Translations under genes and position numbers: made by a program
Source of the DNA: an uncultured Nitrospiraceae bacterium
GTDB lineage: Bacteria; Nitrospirota; Nitrospiria; Nitrospirales; Nitrospiraceae
Assembly (NCBI GenBank): GCA_963730935.1
Contig: CAVSTP010000002.1
Location: forward strand, 576,001-640,000
DNA: 64,000 nt
Direction: 5' to 3'
Part shown: piece after piece, positions 35,961 through 44,964 of the stretch
How the letters are laid out: every line of letters starts with the position of its first letter
Position numbering within the stretch: the stretch's first letter is position 1
Notes under the pieces: model-generated
Databases searched by the model: none
The model's input: the letters and a program-made list of their open reading frames with translations, nothing else
What the model was told of the DNA's origin: nothing

Positions 35961-36284
35961 GAGTCACGACGTAACCAACGCCGGCGGCGGCGGAGATGCT
36001 GCCAAGACCCCAGCGGCGTACACGATGGAAGATTTCATAGAGTCTCAAAAGCGAAGAGCGCGAGTGGCTCTGAAGTGAAAAGCTTAAGGATAGCTGTAGA
36101 CGGACGCCGTGTGCATCGAAGTAAAGGCAGCGCGTAATCTGATGAAACCACATGCCTGCCACATCTAATGGTTATAGAAGCGAATTGTGACACATTGCCA
36201 TGTTTCTTGTGTCCGGTGTATCGTGACAACGCCACTGAGCATCTGCCTCACGACCCTCAAGACGGTTAATGTGGAGTCGCCCAC

Positions 36285-36488
36285 ATGAGCGAATGGGATC
36301 TTGTGTCCGTGCTGGTCGCATTTGTGATTGGATTCGTATCCGGCCTGATCTATGCGCTCCGGCTCTACAAACAGCTCGAAGCGGACTGTGACCGCGAGTG
36401 GGCCAAGCGCCGTGGGCTGCGAGAGAAGACGCAAGATGATGAGCTGCCGGTACGGATCAATCCGATCCTCCGGCGGCAGAAATTGTAA
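36285..36488 (+). CDS. Small single-pass membrane protein
   Basis: GGAG upstream of the ATG; N-terminal hydrophobic helix followed by a charged tail. Confidence 0.5.
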   Translation: MSEWDLVSVLVAFVIGFVSGLIYALRLYKQLEADCDREWAKRRGLREKTQDDELPVRINPILRRQKL

Positions 36489-36623
36489 GGCTCGGTCGCA
36501 TTGACAAGCTGGCACCATATTGTCATCGGTTACCTATGATCTGAACTCTTTGGATGTCACCGACTTGTAATACTTGCGTCTAAAGAAGGAGAGGCAAGAA
36601 GACTTAGACAGCAGGCTAGCCGG

Positions 36624-37190
36624 TCACTTAGGGTCTATCGTGGTCTGCTTACAGGTACCACCCATAGGGGCTTTCAGTGTTTCAGGAAGAGCTCTGGGCT
36701 TCCCACACGCCTCATCAATTTGATCTTGATAGAGGAAGGCGGTGTTTTTGAAATTGGCGCCATCAATCTGTGCTTCCTCCAGTTGAGCGCCCAATAGCAT
36801 GGCTCCTTCAAAGTTCGCATTTACCAAGGCAGCGCCACTCAGATTTGCCCCCAACAGCATCGCACCTCTGAAGTCTGCATCCTCAAGATCAGCCTGGCGT
36901 AAGTCAGCTCCGGCTAACATGGCTCCAACAAAATTTGAACCCTTTAGCTTAGCCTTTTTAAGCTTTTTTCCGGCGAGCATTTGCCCGGCAGTGACCGGAG
37001 GTTTGTGTATCGATTCGTCCTCCTGATACACCTCTACAACGTAGGGCTTTTCAGAAACCTCATACAAGCAACCGAGAAGTCCGGTGAGCACGATTATTAG
37101 GGCACATAAAGCCAAACATCTACTGGGCATTCGTGAACTCAGTTTTTTGCTCGCAAAAGGCGAGTCATGATGTCGAAGTGTCTTGTCCAC
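36624..37190 (-). CDS. Pentapeptide-repeat lipoprotein (paralog 2)
   Basis: LLGC lipobox; pentapeptide repeats; clearly homologous to 32897..33532 (PY.VEVY, GQMLAGK, ANFKNTAFL.QDQID). Confidence 0.85.
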   Translation of the reverse strand: MDKTLRHHDSPFASKKLSSRMPSRCLALCALIIVLTGLLGCLYEVSEKPYVVEVYQEDESIHKPPVTAGQMLAGKKLKKAKLKGSNFVGAMLAGADLRQADLEDADFRGAMLLGANLSGAALVNANFEGAMLLGAQLEEAQIDGANFKNTAFLYQDQIDEACGKPRALPETLKAPMGGTCKQTTIDPK

Positions 37191-37241
37191 CAGAATCGCT
37201 GCATCAGTCTATCAATCATAGCCTCGAATCGACTGGCTAAA

Positions 37242-37533
37242 CTAATTGTCAGACCATTCAGAGAGCATTCCGGACTTATCGAAGACTAAGGTTAAGTTGT
37301 TGACACTGAGCAGAGCCCAGGTAACTGCCGCTCGGACAGTATTCATATGTCCAAAGATCACCGCCCTTATCCAGGGCAATGGTGCGATGGGGAGCGCCCA
37401 TCTTCTTGGCAATGCCATCATGGTCTTCTCGTCCGACAGCCTGTTGGAGATAATCTGCATACGAATGCATATGCATGTGATCACAGCCCATCAAGAACAC
37501 GAATACACCAAAGGTCGACAATAGGTGTCTCAT
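37242..37533 (-). pseudogene. Small lipoprotein with a frameshift near its 3' end (~37290)
   Basis: MRHLLSTFGVFVFLMGC...KMGAPHRTIALDKGGDLWTYEYC...QCQQLN; the natural continuation LVFDKSGMLSEWSDN is in the adjacent frame. Confidence 0.55.
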
Positions 37534-37723
37534 ACTTCATCTCCAAAGTCCCAGTACGAGGTCACTTCTGCTTCGCGATGATCCTGTACTTGATCTGCTC
37601 ATAGGTGGCGCGAGGCAGGATCTTTTTCTGCACCTATTCATCTTTTCGCTGCGATTAACACTCTATAACACCTGCCAAGTCGCAGTTCGCTAAAGCACTG
37701 AGGAATTAGGGACAAAGAATAGT

Positions 37724-37772
37724 TGGTGCCGAAGCCGGAACCCGGACACCCTTGCGGGCGCTAGACCCTGAA
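37724..37772 (-). other. Degenerate 3' half of tRNA-Leu(CAG); att-like integration relic, not a functional tRNA
   Basis: Minus strand ttCAGgg-tctagcgcccgcaagggtgt-ccgggttc-cggcttcggcaCCA: anticodon loop, long variable arm, T arm with a deletion, and CCA end; no 5' half. Confidence 0.75.
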
Positions 37773-37944
37773 GGCAGCGCAGCGTTTTGTTTCGTGTGTC
37801 TCCACGTATCCTACCGTTGCGATTTCCTTCAATTTATCCAACCTGGCCGAGACAGGGTAACACGCTGGGATACAGCGGTATAGAGCAGCCACATGACAAA
37901 AACATGACAGTCGCCAAGAAATTCACTATGGGGAACTGGTGGGG

Positions 37945-38013
37945 TAGGGGGGCTTTGGGCCAGATCAACGGCAACGACCCCTCGCTGGGTGGACCTGAGC
38001 TGAAATGGATTTT
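37945..38013 (+). repeat. Copy 1 of a ~65-bp intergenic motif (copy 2 at 41779-41849; partial copy 3 at ~42308-42351)
   Basis: taggggggctttggRccagatcaacggcMacgacccc...gtggacctg...aaatgga is shared with copy 2. Confidence 0.85.
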
Positions 38014-38287
38014 TAAAACTCGTGACAGATCGTATGGTGGCGGAAAATTTTGCAGGCTTAGAAAACGACTCCCATCGTCGGTATTCCGCTCTTGAATAGG
38101 TCCGCGCGTCCTTCTTTTAATCTGAGAGGACTTATACACAGTGAACCACTCGCAGTCCCCCCTTATGTACGTAGTATTTCGCCCTCCTTCTGTTTGCTCA
38201 CCCCGCACTTCTGAAGAATAGCCCGCTGGTTCCGTTACTCATATAAGGGATAGTAGCACTCTTGGGAGGTCCCGATGCTGTCCCGAT

Positions 38288-40036
38288 TTGTCATTGCCCT
38301 CGTCCTATCGTTACCCGGATATTCCTAAGGGTGGTCGTGGTCACCATGAAGCCACAGGTCGAGATTCTACCCATGAAAGAGCATTAGCCTTGAGACACCT
38401 AGGGTTCGACGAACAATGCTTTGCCGAGTTGGCGGCAGTGCAACCTTTGGAGAAGGCGACATGGAACTTGCGATCGGTCGCCAATGGCTTGCTTCCACCA
38501 CTCGCCTGGGTGGCCGAAGCGGATCGGACGAAAGGCCTTGTCACCCTGGTACACGGCCCGCGCGTCGAAGTGCGCGAGCACTTCTTCATTGAGGGGGTCT
38601 GGGACGGGCCGTTTCAGCTCGGCGAATTTGGGACGACTGATTGCGTGTTTGGCTCAGGCGGCCTTCTCACTGGGGACTCCATTCGCTTCGTGCCCAGCGC
38701 TGCGACAACCACCGATTCTTTGTTCTATGACGAAGATGGTGAGCACCTCACGGTCTCCAATTCCTTGCCCCTGCTGCTCGCCTCCACACGAGATCGTCTG
38801 GACCCTCGATGTCCAGATTATCCTGCCATCTGCGACTCGATCCTGCACGGGATTCACGACTATCGGCGGGACATTCCAACGACCGGAGGCATGGTGCGGC
38901 GTCTGATGTATCGGAATCTTGATGTCTCCAGGGGAAAAGTCTCGGAGTCAGAAAAGAGAATGCCACCACGGTTCACCTCTTTCGCCGAATACCGTGACTA
39001 TCTGCGAGACCGTTATGCCCAGATTGCCGCCAATGCCCGCGATGCGGCACGGACGTGGCCGCTGCAGATCGTCTCCACCCAATCGAAGGGGTATGATTCG
39101 ACGGCAGTGAATACGCTGGCCCGTGCGTCGGGAATCGACAAAGTGTTTACCGTGTCCACCGCCAAGAGTAACCGGTTCAAAGCGCATCAGGAGGAAGCGA
39201 ACCTGCCGGATGATGATGGCGGGGAGATTTGCGCCACGCTGGGCCTCCCATACATCCGGCTCAATCGACGCGCTTTTGCCGAGGGCTTTGACCAGGAATA
39301 TCTCTACTACTGTGCGCTCCACCACAATCAGGATGCGAACCTGATGGACATCCGGAAGCATCTCTCAACGGTCAGCCTGCTTCTGACCGGCGTCCTTGGA
39401 GAACTGTGGCGTCCCAAAGCGGATAAAGTGGAGTGGCCGTGTCTGAATGCAGACCTGCGGCACGGGGATCTGGGAGGGTCTGGCATGGCCGAATGGCGTC
39501 TCGTCGTCGGCGTGATCCATCTGCCGTTACCATACATCGGGGCCCGGCGCCGAGCGGATATTGTCGAGATTACGGAGTCGTCCGAGATGGACCCTTGGCG
39601 ATTAGGCACCGCATATGATCGCCCGATTCCACGGCGAATTGCTGAAGAAGCGGGTGTGCCGAGACGCCACTTTGGCCAATCCAAAATGGGTTCCGTAGTT
39701 ATTTTCGCGGAGCCCTCGATCCCATATGGCACGGCCCTGCGCCTCGAATTCTTCGCCTACTTGGCAGACGAAAAGATCATGGCACGATCAAAGATATGGT
39801 TCTGGCCAGTCGTGCGCTGGTGGAATTCGATGCTGAGGGCAAAATCGAAGCAGCAATTCGCGGCCATATACTACATGGAACGTGTGCTATCCAAGCTGAC
39901 CAGACGAGAAGTCCAGTTTCCGCGCCTGTGGTCGAAACTGGATGGCACCCTGTTCTGTTTTTGCGTCAATCGAACCGCAGACACATTTCGCACAGACTTG
40001 AAGATACTATCCGAGGGCCCGAGTGTCTGCGAGTAA
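38288..40036 (+). CDS. Hypothetical protein, distantly asparagine-synthetase/PP-loop-like; start uncertain
   Basis: 582-aa ORF; STQSKGYDSTAV resembles an S-G-x-D-S PP-loop; also VSNSLPLL, LLTGVLGELW and YDRPIPRRIAEEAGVPR..FGQ.K. Confidence 0.55.
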   Translation: MSLPSSYRYPDIPKGGRGHHEATGRDSTHERALALRHLGFDEQCFAELAAVQPLEKATWNLRSVANGLLPPLAWVAEADRTKGLVTLVHGPRVEVREHFFIEGVWDGPFQLGEFGTTDCVFGSGGLLTGDSIRFVPSAATTTDSLFYDEDGEHLTVSNSLPLLLASTRDRLDPRCPDYPAICDSILHGIHDYRRDIPTTGGMVRRLMYRNLDVSRGKVSESEKRMPPRFTSFAEYRDYLRDRYAQIAANARDAARTWPLQIVSTQSKGYDSTAVNTLARASGIDKVFTVSTAKSNRFKAHQEEANLPDDDGGEICATLGLPYIRLNRRAFAEGFDQEYLYYCALHHNQDANLMDIRKHLSTVSLLLTGVLGELWRPKADKVEWPCLNADLRHGDLGGSGMAEWRLVVGVIHLPLPYIGARRRADIVEITESSEMDPWRLGTAYDRPIPRRIAEEAGVPRRHFGQSKMGSVVIFAEPSIPYGTALRLEFFAYLADEKIMARSKIWFWPVVRWWNSMLRAKSKQQFAAIYYMERVLSKLTRREVQFPRLWSKLDGTLFCFCVNRTADTFRTDLKILSEGPSVCE

Positions 40037-40147
40037 AGCTTTTGTGGTTCTCATGCGCAGTGTTCGACGCAGGGACTCTTAATTGAATGTAGATTGTCGT
40101 GAAGGGAATACAGTTCTCTTGACGCAAGACATCTGAGGGGATTCCAT

Positions 40148-40987
40148 ATGCAACAAAACCCGAAAAATACGCCCCTTAGTGAGAATGACATCGCCAGAGG
40201 CGATAAGCGCCTGTGGAACCCCTTGTCGGTCGATCCGGTGGCAAGCCGGTTCTCGAGCTATGCAGCCTTCCAGGATACGGCGGTCGTTAGGCCGCTGGCA
40301 CCCGACGTTTCCGTCGACGCCGAACTCACCGATGCTCATGATCAATTAAGGCAGCAGATATTAGGCCAGTTCTACCCGTGCATCGGCGCACACTCGGCGT
40401 TCAGCCGAAAGAGCTATCGTTTCGGATTATACCCTGACCTTGCCTGCGACAGCGCCGTACGTGCCGTCTGCCACGACCTGTACGGCTTCTGCCACGAATT
40501 TCCGATCATCGACGACCATTTCATCACCTTCATCGCGATGTTCCGAGGACCCATCATCCAATCAGAACAGCACTTCGAGGATCTGCTGTGGAATCAGCTT
40601 CAGGCCATGCACTCTATTGATTCCGATTTCTTTACCTGGGACAAAAGCGTCGACTTCAACCCAAAGAACAACCAGTTTTCGTTTAGCATCGGCGGTCGAG
40701 CGATGTATGTCATCGGCATGCACCCCAAGTCATCGCGTCTAGCACGAACCGTCCGGTATCCGACCATGGTGTTCAACTTGCACGAACAGTTTGAGCGCTT
40801 GCGCGCGCGTGGAAAGTTTGAGACCATGAAGAAGACAATCCGGGCGCGCGAGATGGCGTTCCAGGGCTCGATCAACCCAATGCTCACGAACTTCGGCGAA
40901 AACTCCGAGGCGCGTCAATATTCCGGCCGGGCGGTGCCAGACAATTGGGGATGCCCATTCCACGCACACAAAAAGGATGAGGCATGA
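40148..40987 (+). CDS. YqcI/YcgG family haem-dependent guanidino N-hydroxylase (GntA/DcsA-like)
   Basis: YPCIGAHSA, FEDLLWNQLQAMH, FSFSIGGRA, GMHPKSSRLAR, VFNLHEQFERLR, SEARQYSGR and W.CPF motifs. Confidence 0.85.
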   Translation: MQQNPKNTPLSENDIARGDKRLWNPLSVDPVASRFSSYAAFQDTAVVRPLAPDVSVDAELTDAHDQLRQQILGQFYPCIGAHSAFSRKSYRFGLYPDLACDSAVRAVCHDLYGFCHEFPIIDDHFITFIAMFRGPIIQSEQHFEDLLWNQLQAMHSIDSDFFTWDKSVDFNPKNNQFSFSIGGRAMYVIGMHPKSSRLARTVRYPTMVFNLHEQFERLRARGKFETMKKTIRAREMAFQGSINPMLTNFGENSEARQYSGRAVPDNWGCPFHAHKKDEA

Positions 40988-41577
40988 CCACTACGTCGAT
41001 AACCCGTATTCCGCCACAGAGTGGCTGCTCATTCAAGGTCAAGCGGGGGCAGGTGTTGCGGGTTGTCGACCCCCTAGGAGAGCAGGTATCGGACCTGTTT
41101 GCCTTCGATGAGCATGATCACGATTGCCGGCTGTCGTCAGGTCGTTCACTGGACTATGCGAGCCGGGTCTACCTGACGACGGGCGACATCCTTTACGCCA
41201 ACAACAGCAAGCCGATGTTCACCATCATCGAAGACACCGTTGGCCTGCACGATTTCCTGCTGACGCCGTGCAGTCAAGAGATGTTTGAGATCATTTACAA
41301 GCACAAGGGTCACCATCCGAGCTGTTTCGAGAACCTAGTTCATTCGCTGAAGGAACACGGTATTACCGGGTGCGAGATCTCGACGACATTCAACATCTTT
41401 ATGAACGTCAAGATCGATCCGCAAGGAAAGGTGACTGTCGGAGTCCCCATGTCAAAGGCGGGTGACCACATCGACCTGCGGGCCGAAATGGACATGGTGT
41501 GTGGCCTGACGGCCTGCTCCGCAGAAGGTTCGAACAACGGCCGCTTCAAGCCGATCGACTTCTCGGTCCTCGGTTGA
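40984..41577 (+). CDS. DUF1989 / urea-carboxylase-associated family protein (YcgI/CgdAB-like)
   Basis: GQVLRVVDPLGEQVSDL, HDFLLTPCS, HPSCFENL, FNIFMNV and GDHIDLRAEMD..GLTACS; ATGA overlap with the upstream gene. Confidence 0.9.
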   Translation: MTTTSITRIPPQSGCSFKVKRGQVLRVVDPLGEQVSDLFAFDEHDHDCRLSSGRSLDYASRVYLTTGDILYANNSKPMFTIIEDTVGLHDFLLTPCSQEMFEIIYKHKGHHPSCFENLVHSLKEHGITGCEISTTFNIFMNVKIDPQGKVTVGVPMSKAGDHIDLRAEMDMVCGLTACSAEGSNNGRFKPIDFSVLG

Positions 41578-41778
41578 CACGCCCCGGATTCACTCTTGCC
41601 TGCATCGTCCTGCTTCGTGGCCCAACAGTCCTTGATTACCTACCGATCGCGATCAGAGGGAGACAGACGAGAAGTGTGATTGAAGATCATAACGACTGAG
41701 TACGTGAACCGCCACCCACCCCATCCTCGAACCGACACCAGAACCGCTACCAATTCAGTTTGTAGGAGCAAGGCCGCC

Positions 41779-41849
41779 TAGGGGGGCTTTGGACCAGATC
41801 AACGGCCACGACCCCCCACGGAGTGGACCTGCGCGGAAAATGGACTTTG
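41779..41849 (+). repeat. Copy 2 of the ~65-bp intergenic motif
   Basis: Direct repeat of 37945-38013. Confidence 0.85.
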
Positions 41850-42008
41850 CGGCATTTGCGATAGTCTAAAAGCGACTTCGAGTGGTAGTTACCTCGCTGG
41901 CAAAGCAGACCTAAAACCTGCTCCTATGCATTCGCCCTTAACCCTAGAGACCGATATCTACTGGTTCGAGCGATGGGACAGACTATACTCCTCATACGGA
42001 GGAGCATT

Positions 42009-42140
42009 ATGACACCCTGGGTGCATCGCGTGAGCTACCCTTCAACTGTCCTTCAGTACATTGGTGATGTCTTCCTAACCCTGTTGATCGCGGCCGGCGG
42101 AATTGTGCTGTTGATGCTCGGCATCTTCCTTTTCGCTTAG
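42009..42140 (+). CDS. 43-aa membrane microprotein (not in the ORF track)
   Basis: Strong RBS ggaggag; MTPWVHRVSYPSTVLQYIGDVFLTLLIAAGGIVLLMLGIFLFA*. Confidence 0.55.
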   Translation: MTPWVHRVSYPSTVLQYIGDVFLTLLIAAGGIVLLMLGIFLFA

Positions 42141-42188
42141 TGCTTGGAGCTCTACTGCTAGTTACCCAAGGCCCCAAGTGGGGCGTGT

Positions 42189-42290
42189 TTATCCCGCTCG
42201 CTTAAACAAATCAGCGCGTCCCTCTTTCTGGCTGTACTCCGGATTCTTGATCTTGACCCAGTGAGGAGCCTGCGCATTGTACTCGTAAGG
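42189..42290 (-). pseudogene. C-terminal remnant of an ATP-dependent DNA ligase (LigD-like)
   Basis: PYEYNAQAPHWVKIKNPEYSQKEGRADLFKRAG* contains ligase motif V (PY...WxKxK); no upstream gene body. Confidence 0.65.
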
Positions 42291-42573
42291 GACTCTGAGC
42301 CCGTCTCGCAACGCCCCCTCACACAGTGGACCTGACGGCAAAGAGACTTTGTAAGCCTGACGTCGTGCCCAAGCGCGGCGTATTCACAGCCAATCGCCTC
42401 ATTCTGTGGTGGTTACTTGGGGTAGCAGGAGTTTGAAACGCTTGCCCTGCTATTAGATTTAGGATGGAAGCGAACTAATAAACCGCAGGTCAAACCCGTA
42501 AGGGCTAAAAATAGAGAGTAACTTTAACAAACACGTATTTCATCTTCTCATAAGCCAACAGATATTAAGTTTT

Positions 42574-43512
42574 TCACGAGTGCGCCCATTGAGGAAGCCG
42601 ATGTTCTGTAAGCGTTTCTTCGAACAAGTCCCGATTGATTGCCTGTGCGGCAATTGCACCTTGGCCTGCCGCGATGATCATCTGGCAGTTCGCCGTCGTC
42701 ACACAGCCTGCCGCATAGAGGTTGGGAACGCTCGTTCTTGAACAGTGGTCCACCACGATTTGGCCATCAGCAGTTAATTCTGCTCCCACGCTTCTTACGA
42801 GATCGCTATGGCAAATATCGCCCCGAGTCACAAACGCCGCCTCAATGTTAAGGCTTGCACCATTATCGAATCGCAATGCAGTGAGCTGTCCGTCCTCATG
42901 TTCAACTCTGTGGATGCATTCCTTCTGAATCGTGACCTGATATTCCATCAGCCAGCCATGATGGCTGGAATCCCATACCGGGATCTGTCCGTTGGTACAA
43001 ATGGTCACGCTGGGCGAAAACAGCAACATAGCAAGCGCATAATCGGCTGCTTCATTGTTACAGCCGAGGATCACGATTCTTTTTCCTTGAACCCGGTACG
43101 CATCACAATCCTTGCAGAAAAACAGGCTATGACCCAAGCACTCTTTTACGCCAGGAATGTTCGGAGGCAAATGGGTTAAGCCTGTGGCGACGAGCACGCG
43201 CCGTGCCCGATATCGGTGGCCTTGTCCGAACAGCTCAAAGCAGTGCTCGTTGAGTTGCAGCGACTGGATCTCATCGTGCACGATCTCCACATGAAACCTT
43301 CCTACCTGTTTTATTCCTCGGTCAAGAAGTTCACTACCATCAATACCATCGGGAAACCCGAGATAGTTTTGGACATCCGGTTCCCACTTGGCCATGGAAC
43401 GTTCTGAATGGATGAGCACCGGTTTGCGACGCGCGCGTCCGAGATAGATTGCTGCCGATAGACCAGCCAATCCACCCCCCACGATGACCACTTCGAGTTT
43501 CTGGTCTTTCAT
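42574..43512 (-). CDS. Thioredoxin-reductase-like NAD(P)/FAD oxidoreductase
   Basis: IVGGGLAGLSAA, NYLGFPDGI, LVATG, CKDCD redox motif and TSVPNLYAAG. Confidence 0.9.
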   Translation of the reverse strand: MKDQKLEVVIVGGGLAGLSAAIYLGRARRKPVLIHSERSMAKWEPDVQNYLGFPDGIDGSELLDRGIKQVGRFHVEIVHDEIQSLQLNEHCFELFGQGHRYRARRVLVATGLTHLPPNIPGVKECLGHSLFFCKDCDAYRVQGKRIVILGCNNEAADYALAMLLFSPSVTICTNGQIPVWDSSHHGWLMEYQVTIQKECIHRVEHEDGQLTALRFDNGASLNIEAAFVTRGDICHSDLVRSVGAELTADGQIVVDHCSRTSVPNLYAAGCVTTANCQMIIAAGQGAIAAQAINRDLFEETLTEHRLPQWAHS

Positions 43513-43704
43513 CTCGTCACAGAAGATAAAAGATGCCCTTACCTATGGGTTCATGACGATCTTGATGCAATCATCCTGTTTGCGCAGAAACATGTCGTAG
43601 CCCTTTTGGGGCATCTTCGGAGACGATGTGTGACAACAACACTCGGATCGATGTCTCTCTTCGTAACACCACATCCTCAACAATGGTGAGCGCTGGTCTC
43701 GGTA

Positions 43705-44226
43705 CTATTTGGGTTGGTCGAGTCCAAGGACATCTGAGACCCTTTCCGCTTTCTTGAGGTGCACTGCCAGGATCGGCAGTGTAGTCTCCGCCCATTGCTT
43801 CAGTCTTGCGTTGTGTGACATCGCCGCATTCTCAAACTCCTTGAGATCTTTTCGATGCTGATTGAGGAGGTAGGCAATGAATGCTTCATCGAATTCTTTG
43901 CCGGATAGATGGGACAATCGCTGCTGTTGTGTTTTATGTTTGGCGTCGAGCTCAACAGGAAGATAGATCCCTTCCTTTGCGGACAGCTCTTTTAGTTCTT
44001 GGCTCGCATACTGATGGTCTTCAGTGATCTCCGCTCCATAGTCCTTCACTTCCTTGCGAGAAGCCTTCTTGATTGCTAACTTCCCAAGCGCAACTACCGC
44101 CAACTGGCCCTGGGCTGCCTTTTGTAAGAACGCCATTTCATTGGCATCTAGTTTTTGAGCGGCCCACAGCGGAGTCGTGGTGAAACAGGTGGCGACGCTC
44201 ACTGCGATGAACAAGTAACGGGCCAT
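43705..44226 (-). CDS. DUF4142 domain secreted protein
   Basis: Signal peptide; FLQKAAQG, EVKDYG...DH, LSGKEFDEAFI and TLPIL..HL; RBS ggagg. Confidence 0.85.
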   Translation of the reverse strand: MARYLFIAVSVATCFTTTPLWAAQKLDANEMAFLQKAAQGQLAVVALGKLAIKKASRKEVKDYGAEITEDHQYASQELKELSAKEGIYLPVELDAKHKTQQQRLSHLSGKEFDEAFIAYLLNQHRKDLKEFENAAMSHNARLKQWAETTLPILAVHLKKAERVSDVLGLDQPK

Positions 44227-44430
44227 TGAGCCTCCATCGATGATCTGGCGACCTTTCTGTACTATGGAACAGCTGATCATGTGAGAAAACTAGTAATGGC
44301 CCAAGAGTAAGCGAGTCTTCCTTGCTGCTTCTGCGTATCCTAGGAGGTGACCTAGGCGCGGTTCTTCTCCTGCCAAGCCATAATGAATCAAATCTACATG
44401 CATCTACACGCAATAAGGAGGGTCTAGCTC

Positions 44431-44964
44431 ATGGGGATATTTACGTCGAATCCATTGTTCGCAATGTTGAAAAAAGACCACGCGAAGGTGAAGGAACTGT
44501 TCGACCAATTCGAAAAGGCCACCGATCGGCGAACAAGAGCGCGCCTTGTTCAAGAAACGTTACTCGAGCTCGATGTACATGCCACGTTGGAAGAACGGCT
44601 CATCTATCCTGCAATTCGTGAAGAAATTGACGCAGAAGATTTAATGGACGAAGCGTTGGAGGAACATCACGTCGCGCACACCCTGATGAACGAATTAAAA
44701 CGTATGTCTCCCGGTGATGATCGGTATGACGCCAAGTTCACGGTCTTAGGTGAAAATATCAAACACCATGTGAAGGAGGAAGAGGGCTCGATGTTCCCCG
44801 AAGCGGAAAAAGCTGATTTAAACTGGGAAGAGTTGGCTCAGCAAGCGATGGAACGGAAGGAAGCGTTAAAGGCAAGAAAAAGCGGCAGTAGGGCAAAAGG
44901 AAAGAGCGCAAGAGCAAAGGCAGGGAGAAAATCACGTGCTCCACAGTTAAGGAAGGCCGCTTAA
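44431..44964 (+). CDS. Hemerythrin (HHE) domain protein with a basic tail
   Basis: LKKDH, HATLEERLIYP, EEHH and HHVKEEEGSMFP motifs; RBS aaggagg. Confidence 0.9.
   Translation: MGIFTSNPLFAMLKKDHAKVKELFDQFEKATDRRTRARLVQETLLELDVHATLEERLIYPAIREEIDAEDLMDEALEEHHVAHTLMNELKRMSPGDDRYDAKFTVLGENIKHHVKEEEGSMFPEAEKADLNWEELAQQAMERKEALKARKSGSRAKGKSARAKAGRKSRAPQLRKAA

Noticed and set aside
40037..40147. Guanidine riboswitch upstream of the DUF1989-containing operon
   Set aside because: No recognisable ykkC-I, twin ACGR-loop (mini-ykkC) or ykkC-III motif by eye; an Infernal/Rfam scan would be decisive.
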